Below, piece after piece: positions 51,701 to 64,000 of a DNA stretch of 64,000 nt. A program made the position numbers and the translations under genes. The notes beneath the pieces were generated by a model. It was not told the DNA's origin. It ran no database searches and was given only the letters and a program-made list of their open reading frames with translations. Origin of the DNA: Eledone cirrhosa. Its lineage: Eukaryota. The stretch is taken from contig OZ024740.1 in the NCBI GenBank assembly GCA_964016885.1, forward strand, positions 40,052,001 through 40,116,000. The letters run 5' to 3'. Within the stretch, counting starts at the first letter, position 1. Every line of letters begins with the position of its first letter.

Positions 51701-54700
51701 TTCTATCATTACCACTGTGTTCTATCATTGACACTGTTCTATCATTACCACTGTGTTCTATCATTACCACTGTTCTATCATTGACACTGTGTTCTATCAT
51801 TGACACTGTTCTATCATTACCACTGTGTTCTATCATTGACACTGTTCTATCATTACCACTGTTCTATCATTGACACTGTTCTATCATTACCACTGTGTTT
51901 TATCATGGACACTGTTCTATCATTACCACTGTGTTCTATCATTGACACTGTTCTATCATTACCACTATGTTCTATCATTGACACTGTTCTATCATTACCA
52001 CTGTGTTCTATCATTGACACTGTTCTATCATTACCACTGTTCTATCATTGACACTGTTCTATCATTACCACTGTGTTCTATTATTGAAACTGTTCTATCA
52101 TTACCACTGTGTTCTATCATTGACACTGTTCTATCATTACCACTGTGCTCTATCATTGACACTGTTCTATCATTGACACTGTGCTCTATCATTAACACTG
52201 TGCTCTATCATTGACACTGTTCTATCATTGACACTGTTCTATCATTACCACTGTGTTCTATCATTACCACTGTTCTATCATTGACACTGTTCTATCATTA
52301 CCACTGTGTTCTATCATTGAAACTGTTCTATCATTACCACTGTGTTCTATCATTGACACTGTTCTATCATTACCACTGTGCTCTATCATTGACACTGTTC
52401 TATCATTGACACTGTTCTATCATTACCACTGTTCTATCAATGACACTGTTCTATCATTACCACTATGTTCTATCATTACCACTATGTTCTATCATTGACA
52501 CTGTTCTATCATTGACACTGTTCTATCATTACCACTGTGTTCTATCATTGACACTGTTCTATCATTGACAGTTCTATCATTACCACTATGTTCTATCATT
52601 GACACTGTTCTATCATTGACACTGTTCTATCATTACCACTGTGTTCTATCATTGACACTGTTCTATCATTGACACTGTTCTATCATTGACACTGTTCTAT
52701 CATTACCACTGTGTTCTATCATTGACACTGTTCTATCATTACCACTGTGTTCTATCATTACCACTGTTCTATCATTGACACTGTTCTATCATTGACACTG
52801 TGTTCTATCATTGACACTGTTCTATCATTACCACTGTGTTCTATCATTGACACTGTTCTATCATTGGCACTGTTCTATCATTACCACTGTGTTCTATCAT
52901 TGACACTGTTCTATCATTGACACTGTTCTATCATTACCACTGTTCTATCATTGACACTGTTCTATCATTACCACTATGTTCTATCATTGACACTGTTCTA
53001 TCATTGACACTGTTCTATCATTACCACTGTGTTCTATCATTGACACTGTTCTATCATTGACACTGTTCTATCATTGACACTGTTCTATCATTACCACTGT
53101 GTTCTATCATTGACACTGTTCTATCACTGACACTTCTATCATTGACACTGTTCTATCATTGACACTGTTCTATCATTACCACTGGGTTCTATCATTACCA
53201 CTGTTCTATCATTGACACTGTTCGATCATTGACACTGTTCTATCATTACCAATGTGTTCTATCATTGACACTGTTCTATCAATGACACTGTTCTATCATT
53301 GACACTGTTCTATCATTACCAGTGTTCTATCATTGACACTGATCTATCATTACCACTGTGTTCTATCATTGACACTGTTCTATCATTGACACTGTTCTAT
53401 CATTACCACTGTGTTCTATCATTACCACTGTTCTATCATTGACACTGTTCTATCATTACCACTGTGTTCTATCATTGACACTGTTCTATCATTGACACTG
53501 TTCTATCATTGACACTGTTCTATCATTACCACTGTGTTCTATCATTGACACTGTTCTATCATTACCACTGTGTTCTATCATTGACACTGTTCTATCATTA
53601 CCACTATGTTCTATCATTGACACTGTTCTATCATTACCACTGTGTTCTATCATTGACACTGTTCTATCATTGACACTGTTCTATCATTACCACTGTGTTC
53701 TATCATTGACACTGTTCTCTCATTGACACTGTTCTATCATTACCACTATGTTCTATCATTGACACTGTTCTATCATTGACACTGTTCTATCATTACCACT
53801 GTGTTCTATCATTGACACTGTTCTATCATTACCACTGTGTTCTATCATTGACACTGTTCTATCATTGACACTGTTCTATCATTGACACTGTTCTATCATT
53901 ACCACTGTGTTCTATCATTGACACTGTTCTATCACTGACACTGTTCTATCATTGACACTGTTCTATCATTGACACTGTTCTATCATTACCACTGGGTTCT
54001 ATCATTACCACTGTTCTATCATTGACACTGTTCGATCATTGACACTGTTCTATCATTACCACTGTGTTCTATCATTGACACTGTTCTATCAATGACACTG
54101 TTCTATCATTGACACTGTTCTATCATTACCACTGTGTTCTATCATTGACACTGATCTATCATTACCACTGTGTTCTATCATTGACACTGTTCTATCATTG
54201 ACACTGTTCTATCATTACCACTGTGTTCTATCATTACCACTGTTCTATCATTGACACTGTTCTATCATTACCACTGTGTTCTATCATTGACACTGTTCTA
54301 TCATTGACACTGTTCTATCATTGACACTGTTCTATCATTACCACTGTGTTCTATCATTGACACTGTTCTATCATTACCACTGTGTTCTATCATTGACACT
54401 GTTCTATCATTACCACTATGTTCTATCATTGACACTGTTCTATCATTACCACTGTGTTCTATCATTGACACTGTTCTATCATTACCACTGTTCTATCATT
54501 GACACTGTTCTATCATTACCACTGTGTTCTATCATTGACACTGTTCTATCATTACCACTATGTTCTATCATTGACACTGTTCTATCATTAACACTGTGCT
54601 CTATCATTGACACTGTTCTATCATTGACACTGTTCTATCATTACCACTATGTTCTATCATTGACACTGTTCTATCATTACCACTGTGTTCTATCATTACC

Positions 54701-57700
54701 ACTGTTCTATCATTGACACTGTTCTATCATTACCACTGTGTTCTATCATTGAATCTGTTCTATCATTACCACTGTGTTCTATCATTGACACTGTTCTATC
54801 ATTACAACTGTGCTCTAACATTGACACTGTTCTATCATTGACACTGTTCTATCATTACCACTGTTCTATCATTGACACTGTTCTATCATTACCACTATGT
54901 TCTATCATTGACACTGTTCTATCATTAACACTGTTCTATCATTGACACTGTTCTATCATTACCACTATGTTCTATCATTGACACTGTTCTATCATTGACA
55001 CTGTTCTATCATTACCACTGTGTTCTATCATTGACACTGTTCTATCATTGACACTGTTCTATCATTGACACTGTTCTATCATTACCACTGTGTTCTATCA
55101 TTGACACTGTTCTATCATTACCACTGTGTTCTATCATTACCACTGTTCTATCATTGACACTGTTCTATCATTGACACTGTGTTCTATCATTGACACTGTT
55201 CTATCATTACCACTTTGTTCTATCATTGACACTGTTCTATCATTGACACTGTTCTATCATTACCACTGTTTTCTATCATTGACACTGTTCTATCATTGAC
55301 ACTGTTCTATCATTACCACTATGTTCTATCATTGACACTGTTCTATCATTGACACTGTTCTATCATTACCACTGTGTTCTATCATTGAGACTGTTCTATC
55401 ATTGACACTGTTCTATCATTGACACTGTTCTATCATTACCACTGGGTTCTATCATTACCACTGTTCTATCATTGACACTGTTCTATCATTGACACTGTTC
55501 TATCATTACCACTGTGTTCTATCATTGACACTGTTCTATCACTGACACTGTTCTATCATTGACACTGTTCTATCATTACCACTGTGTTCTATCATTGACA
55601 CTGTTCTATCATTACCACTGTGTTCTATCATTGACACTGTTCTATCATTGACACTGTTCTATCATTACCACTGTTCTATCATTGACACTGTTCTATCATT
55701 ACCACTGGGTTCTATCATTACCACTGTTCTATCATTGATACTGTTCTATCATTGACACTGTTCTATCATTACCACTGTGTTCTATCATTGACACTGTTCT
55801 ATCACTGACACTGTTCTATCATTGACACTGTTCTATCATTACCACTGTGTTCTATCATTGACACTGTTCTATCATTACCACTGTGTTCTATCATTGACAC
55901 TGTTCTATCATTGACACTGTTCTATCATTACCACTGTTCTATCATTGACACTGTTCTATCATTACCACTGGGTTCTATCATTACCACTGTTCTATCATTG
56001 ACACTGTTCTATCATTACCACTGTGTTCTATCATTGACACTGTTCTATCACTGACACTGTTCTATCATTGACACTGTTCTATCATTACCACTGTGTTCTA
56101 TCATTGACACTGTTCTATCATTGACACTGTTCTATCATTGACACTGTTCTATCATTACCACTGTGTTCTATCATTACCACTGTGTTCTATCATTGACACT
56201 GTTCTATCATTACCACTGGGTTCTATCATTACCACTGTTCTATCATTGACACTGTTCTATCATTGACACTGTTCTATCATTACCACTGTGTTCTATCATT
56301 ACCACTGTGTTCTATCATTGACACTGTTCTATCATTACCACTGTGTTCTATCATTACCACTGTTCTATCATTGACACTGTTCTATCATTACCACTGTGTT
56401 CTATCATTACCACTGTTCTATCATTACCACTGTGTTCTATCATTGACACTGTTCTATCATTACCACTGTGTTCTATCATTGACACTGTTCTATCATTACC
56501 ACTGTTCTATCATTGACACTGTTCTATCATTACCACTGTGTTCTATCATTGACACTGTTCTATCATTGGCACTGTTCTATCATTACCACTGTGTTCTATC
56601 ATTGACATTGTTCTATCATTGGCACTGTTCTATCATTACCACTGTGTTCTATCATTGACATTGTTCTATCATTGACACTGTATTGTATCATTGACATTGT
56701 TCTATCATTACCACTGTGTTCTATCATTACCACTGTGTTCTATCATTGACACTGTTCTATCATTACCACTGTGTTCTATCATTGACATTGGTCTATCATT
56801 GACACTATTCTATCATTACCACTGTGTTCTATCATTGACACTGTTCTATCATTACCACTGTGTTCTATCATTGACACTGTTCTATCATTACCACTGTGTT
56901 CTATCATTGACATTGTTCTATCATTGGCACTGTTCTATCATTACCACTGTGTTCTATCATTGACACTGTTCTATCATTACCACTGTGTTCTATCATTACC
57001 ACTGTTCTATCATTGACACTGTTCTATCATTACCACTGTGTTCTATCATTGACACTGTTCTATCATTGACACTGTTCTATCATTGACACTGTTCTATCAT
57101 TACCACTATGTTCTATCATTGACACTGTTCTATCATTACCACTTTGTTCTATCATTGACACTGTTCTATCATTACCACTGTGTTCTATCATTGACACTGT
57201 TCTATCATTACCACTGTTCTATCATTGACACTGTTCTATCATTACCACTGTGTTCTATCATTGACACTGTTCTATCATTACCACTATGTTCTATCATTGA
57301 CACTGTTCTATCATTACCACTGTGTTCTATCATTGACACTGTTCTATCATTACCACTGTTCTATCATTACCACTATGTTCTATCATTGACACTGTTCTAT
57401 CATTACCACTGTGTTCTATCATTGACACTGTTCTATCATTACCACTGTTCTATCATTGACACTGTTCTATCATTACCACTGTGTTCTATCATTGACACTG
57501 TTCTATCATTGACACTGTTCTATCATTACCACTATGTTCTATCATTGACACTGTTCTATCATTAACACTGTGCTCTATCATTGACACTGTTCTATCATTG
57601 ACACTGTTCTATCATTACCACTATGTTCTATCATTGACACTGTTCTATCATTACCACTGTGTTCTATCATTACCACTGTTCTATCATTGACACTGTTCTA

Positions 57701-60700
57701 TCATTACCACTGTGTTCTATCATTGAAACTGTTCTATCATTACCACTGTGTTCTATCATTGACACTGTTCTATCATTACCACTGTGCTCTATCATTGACA
57801 CTGTTCTATCATTGACACTGTTCTATCATTACCACTGTTCTATCAATGACACTGTTCTATCACTACCACTATGTTCTATCATTACCACTATGTTCTATCA
57901 TTGACACTGTTCTATCATTGACACTGTTCTATCATTACCACTGTGTTCTATCATTGACACTGTTCTATCATTGACACTGTTCTATCATTGACACTGTTCT
58001 ATCATTACCACTATGTTCTATCATTGACACTGTTCTATCATTGACACTGTTCTATCATTACCACTGTGTTCTATCATTGACACTGTTCTATCATTACCAC
58101 TGTGTTCTATCATTGACACTGTTCTATCATTACCACTGTGTTCTATCATTACCACTGTTCTATCATTGACACTGTGTTCTATCATTGACACTGTTCTATC
58201 ATTACCACTGTGTTCTATCATTGACACTGTTCTATCATTACCACTGTTCTATCATTGACACTGTTCTATCATTACCACTGTGTTCTATCATTACCACTGT
58301 TCTATCATTACCACTGTGTTCTATCATTGACACTGTTCTATCATTACCACTATGTTCTATCATTGACACTGTTCTATCATTACCACTGTGTTCTATCATT
58401 GACACTGTTCTATCATTACCACTGTTCTATCATTGACACTGTTCTATCATTACCACTGTGTTCTATCATTGAAACTGTTCTATCATTACCACTGTGTTCT
58501 ATCATTGACACTGTTCTATCATTACCACTGTGCTCTATCATTGACACTGTTCTATCATTGACACTGTTCTATCATTAACACTGTGCTCTATCATTGACAC
58601 TGTTCTATCATTGACACTGTTCTATCATTACCACTGTGTTCTATCATTACCACTGTTCTATCATTACCACTGTGTTCTATCATTGACACTGTTCTATCAT
58701 TACCACTGTGCTCTATCATTGACACTGTTCTATCATTGACACTGTTCTATCATTACCACTGTTCTATCAATGACACTGTTCTATCATTACCACTATGTTC
58801 TATCATTGAAACTGTTCTATCATTACCACTGTGTTCTATCATTGACACTGTTCTATCATTACCACTGTGCTCTATCATTGACACTGTTCTATCATTGACA
58901 CTGTTCTATCATTACCACTGTTCTATCATTGACACTGTTCTATCATTGACACTGTTCTATCATTACCACTGTGTTCTATCATTGACACTGTTCTATCATT
59001 GACACTGTTCTATCATTGACACTGTTCTATCATTACCACTATGTTCTATCATTGACACTGTTCTATCATTGACACTGTTCTATCATTACCACTGTGTTCT
59101 ATCATTGACACTGTTCTATCATTGACACTGTGTTCTATCATTACCACTGTTCTATCATTGACACTGTGTTCTATCATTGACACTGTTCTATCATTACCAC
59201 TGTGTTCTATCATTGACACTGTTCTATCATTACCACTGTTCTATCATTGACACTGTTCTATCATTACCACTGTGTTCTATCATGGACACTGTTCTATCAT
59301 TACCACTGTGTTCTATCATTGACACTGTTCTATCATTACCACTATGTTCTATCATTGACACTGTTCTATCATTACCACTGTGTTCTATCATTGACACTGT
59401 TCTATCATTACCACTGTTCTATCATTGACACTGTTCTATCATTACCACTGTGTTCTATCATTGAAACTGTTCTATCATTACCACTGTGTTCTATCATTGA
59501 CACTGTTCTATCATTACCACTGTGCTCTATCATTGACACTGTTCTATCATTGACACTGTTCTATCATTAACACTGTGCTCTATCATTGACACTGTTCTAT
59601 CATTGACACTGTTCTATCATTACCACTGTGTTCTATCATTACCACTGTTCTATCATTGACACTGTTCTATCATTACCACTGTGTTCTATCATTGAAACTG
59701 TTCTATCATTACCACTGTGTTCTATCATTGACACTGTTCTATCATTACCACTGTGCTCTATCATTGACACTGTTCTATCATTGACACTGTTCTATCATTA
59801 CCACTGTTCTATCAATGACACTGTTCTATCATTACCACTATGTTCTATCATTACCACTATGTTCTATCATTGACACTGTTCTATCATTGACACTGTTCTA
59901 TCATTACCACTGTGTTCTATCATTGACACTGTTCTATCATTGACACTGTTCTATCATTACCACTATGTTCTATCATTGACACTGTTCTATCATTGACACT
60001 GTTCTATCATTACCACTGTGTTCTATCATTGACACTGTTCTATCATTGACACTGTTCTATCATTACCACTGTGTTCTATCATTGACACTGTTCTATCATT
60101 ACCACTGTGTTCTATCATTACCACTGTTCTATCATTGACACTGTTCTATCATTGACACTGTGTTCTATCATTGACACTGTTCTATCATTACCACTGTGTT
60201 CTATCATTGACACTGTTCTATCATTGGCACTGTTCTATCATTACCACTGTGTTTTATCATTGACACTGTTCTATCATTGACACTGTTCTATCATTACCAC
60301 TGTTCTATCATTGACACTGTTCTATCATTACCACTATGTTCTATCATTGACACTGTTCTATCATTGACACTGTTCTATCACTACCACTGTGTTCTATCAT
60401 TGACACTGTTCTATCATTACCACTGTGCTCTATCATTGACACTGTTCTATCATTGACACTGTTCTATCATTACCACTGTTCTATCAATGACACTGTTCTA
60501 TCATTACCACTATGTTCTATCATTACCACTATGTTCTATCATTGACACTGTTCTATCATTGACACTGTTCTATCATTACCACTGTGTTCTATCATTGACA
60601 CTGTTCTATCATTGACACTGTTCTATCATTACCACTATGTTCTATCATTGACACTGTTCTATCATTGACACTGTTCTATCATTACCACTGTGTTCTATCA

Positions 60701-63700
60701 TTGACACTGTTCTATCATTGACACTGTTCTATCATTGACACTGTTCTATCATTACCACTGTGTTCTATCATTGACACTGTTCTATCATTACCACTGTTCT
60801 ATCATTGACACTGTTCTATCATTGACACTGTGTTCTATCATTGACACTGTTCTATCATTACCACTGTGTTCTATCATTGACACTGTTCTATCATTGGCAC
60901 TGTTCTATCATTACCACTGTGTTCTATCATTGACACTGTTCTATCATTGACACTGTTCTATCATTGACACTGTTCTATCATTACCACTGTTCTATCATTG
61001 ACACTGTTCTATCATTACCACTATGTTCTATCATTGACACTGTTCTATCATTGACACTGTTCTATCATTACCACTGTGTTCTATCATTGACACTGTTCTA
61101 TCATTGACACTGTTCTATCATTGACACTGTTCTATCATTACCACTGTGTTCTATCATTGACACTGTTCTATCACTGACACTTCTATCATTGACACTGTTC
61201 TATCATTGACACTGTTCTATCATTACCACTGGGTTCTATCATTACCACTGTTCTATCATTGACACTGTTCGATCATTGACACTGTTCTATCATTACCAAT
61301 GTGTTCTATCATTGACACTGTTCTATCAATGACACTGTTCTATCATTGACACTGTTCTATCATTACCAGTGTTCTATCATTGACACTGATCTATCATTAC
61401 CACTGTGTTCTATCATTGACACTGTTCTATCATTGACACTGTTCTATCATTACCACTGTGTTCTATCATTACCACTGTTCTATCATTGACACTGTTCTAT
61501 CATTACCACTGTGTTCTATCATTGACACTGTTCTATCATTGACACTGTTCTATCATTGACACTGTTCTATCGTTACCACTGTGTTCTATCATTGACACTG
61601 TTCTATCATTACCACTGTGTTCTATCATTGACACTGTTCTATCATTACCACTATGTTCTATCATTGACACTGTTCTATCATTACCACTGTGTTCTATCAT
61701 TGACACTGTTCTATCATTGACACTGTTCTATCATTACCACTGTGTTCTATCATTGACACTGTTCTCTCATTGACACTGTTCTATCATTACCACTATGTTC
61801 TATCATTGACACTGTTCTATCATTGACACTGTTCTATCATTACCACTGTGTTCTATCATTGACACTGTTCTATCATTACCACTGTGTTCTATCATTGACA
61901 CTGTTCTATCATTGACACTGTTCTATCATTGACACTGTTCTATCATTACCACTGTGTTCTATCATTGACACTGTTCTATCACTGACACTGTTCTATCATT
62001 GACACTGTTCTATCATTGACACTGTTCTATCATTACCACTGGGTTCTATCATTACCACTGTTCTATCATTGACACTGTTCGATCATTGACACTGTTCTAT
62101 CATTACCACTGTGTTCTATCATTGACACTGTTCTATCAATGACACTGTTCTATCATTGACACTGTTCTATCATTACCACTGTGTTCTATCATTGACACTG
62201 ATCTATCATTACCACTGTGTTCTATCATTGACACTGTTCTATCATTGACACTGTTCTATCATTACCACTGTGTTCTATCATTACCACTGTTCTATCATTG
62301 ACACTGTTCTATCATTACCACTGTGTTCTATCATTGACACTGTTCTATCATTGACACTGTTCTATCATTGACACTGTTCTATCATTACCACTGTGTTCTA
62401 TCATTGACACTGTTCTATCATTGACACTGTTCTATCATTACCACTATGTTCTATCATTGACACTGTTCTATCATTACCACTGTGTTCTATCATTGACACT
62501 GTTCTATCATTACCACTGTTCTATCATTGACACTGTTCTATCATTACCACTGTGTTCTATCATTGACACTGTTCTATCATTACCACTATGTTCTATCATT
62601 GACACTGTTCTATCATTAACACTGTGCTCTATCATTGACACTGTTCTATCATTGACACTGTTCTATCATTACCACTATGTTCTATCATTGACACTGTTCT
62701 ATCATTACCACTGTGTTCTATCATTACCACTGTTCTATCATTGACACTGTTCTATCATTACCACTGTATTCTATCATTGAATCTGTTCTATCATTACCAC
62801 TGTGTTCTATCATTGACACTGTTCTATCATTACAACTGTGCTCTAACATTGACACTGTTCTATCATTGACACTGTTCTATCATTACCACTGTTCTATCAT
62901 TGACACTGTTCTATCATTACCACTATGTTCTATCATTGACACTGTTCTATCATTAACACTGTTCTATCATTACCACTGTGTTCTATCATTGACACTGTTC
63001 TATCATTGCCACTGTTCTATCATTGACACTGTTCTATCATTACCACTATGTTCTATCATTGACACTGTTCTATCATTGACACTGTTCTATCATTACCACT
63101 GTGTTCTATCATTGACACTGTTCTATCATTGACACTGTTCTATCATTGACACTGTTCTATCATTACCACTGTGTTCTATCATTGACACTGTTCTATCATT
63201 ACCACTGTGTTCTATCATTACCACTGTTCTATCATTGACACTGTTCTATCATTGACACTGTGTTCTATCATTGACACTGTTCTATCATTACCACTGTGTT
63301 CTATCATTGACACTGTTCTATCATTGACACTGTTCTATCATTACCACTGTTTTCTATCATTGACACTGTTCTATCATTGACACTGTTCTATCATTACCAC
63401 TATGTTCTATCATTGACACTGTTCTATCATTGACACTGTTCTATCATTACCACTGTGTTCTATCATTGAGACTGTTCTATCATTGACACTGTTCTATCAT
63501 TGACACTGTTCTATCATTACCACTGGGTTCTATCATTACCACTGTTCTATCATTGACACTGTTCTATCATTGACACTGTTCTATCATTACCACTGTGTTC
63601 TATCATTGACACTGTTCTATCACTGACACTGTTCTATCATTGACACTGTTCTATCATTACCACTGTGTTCTATCATTGACACTGTTCTATCATTACCACT

Positions 63701-64000
63701 GTGTTCTATCATTGACACTGTTCTATCATTGACACTGTTCTATCATTACCACTGTTCTATCATTGACACTGTTCTATCATTACCACTGGGTTCTATCATT
63801 ACCACTGTTCTATCATTGATACTGTTCTATCATTGACACTGTTCTATCATTACCACTGTGTTCTATCATTGACACTGTTCTATCACTGACACTGTTCTAT
63901 CATTGACACTGTTCTATCATTACCACTGTGTTCTATCATTGACACTGTTCTATCATTACCACTGTGTTCTATCATTGACACTGTTCTATCATTGACACTG
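48750..64000. repeat. Satellite array of interspersed 17-bp (TTCTATCATTGACACTG, TTCTATCATTACCACTG) and 19-bp (TTCTATCATTACCACTGTG) monomers, runs past the window end
   Basis: More than 15 kb uninterrupted; rare variants recur at 7.4-8.1 kb spacing. Confidence 0.99.

Noticed and set aside
48778-63132. Many His/Cys-rich or SLPLCSIIDTVL ORFs
   Set aside because: Reading-frame artefacts of the 17/19-bp satellite

Overview
AT-rich animal genomic DNA, most likely an octopod cephalopod (inferred from the SINE and (GAT)n-tailed RTE repeat families, not proven). Positions 894-29477 (+) hold the last 23 coding exons (about 1078 codons) of the transcription elongation factor/histone chaperone SPT6 (YqgF-like, HhH, DLD, S1, tandem SH2, TP-rich tail); the 5' part of the gene lies before the window. 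Its introns carry minisatellites, tRNA-derived SINEs, piggyBac-type MITEs, non-autonomous Helitrons and a nested Helitron/piggyBac/RTE+SINE complex. From 30 to 48.7 kb is a dense cluster of mostly decayed transposons: RTE LINEs, a Rex3/Expander-like RTE, a CR1 fragment, a hATm-like element, a DD37D (maT) element, a deleted Helitron, a CRE-like retrotransposon end and Penelope-like pieces. From about 48.75 kb to the end is a 17/19-bp satellite with a 7.4-8.1 kb higher-order repeat. The most notable observations are a C4HC3 PHD finger inserted inside the RTE reverse transcriptase, an intact-looking minimal type I hammerhead ribozyme, and serial SINE re-insertion at one self-regenerating target site. 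All family assignments rest on motifs recognised by eye; no searches were run.
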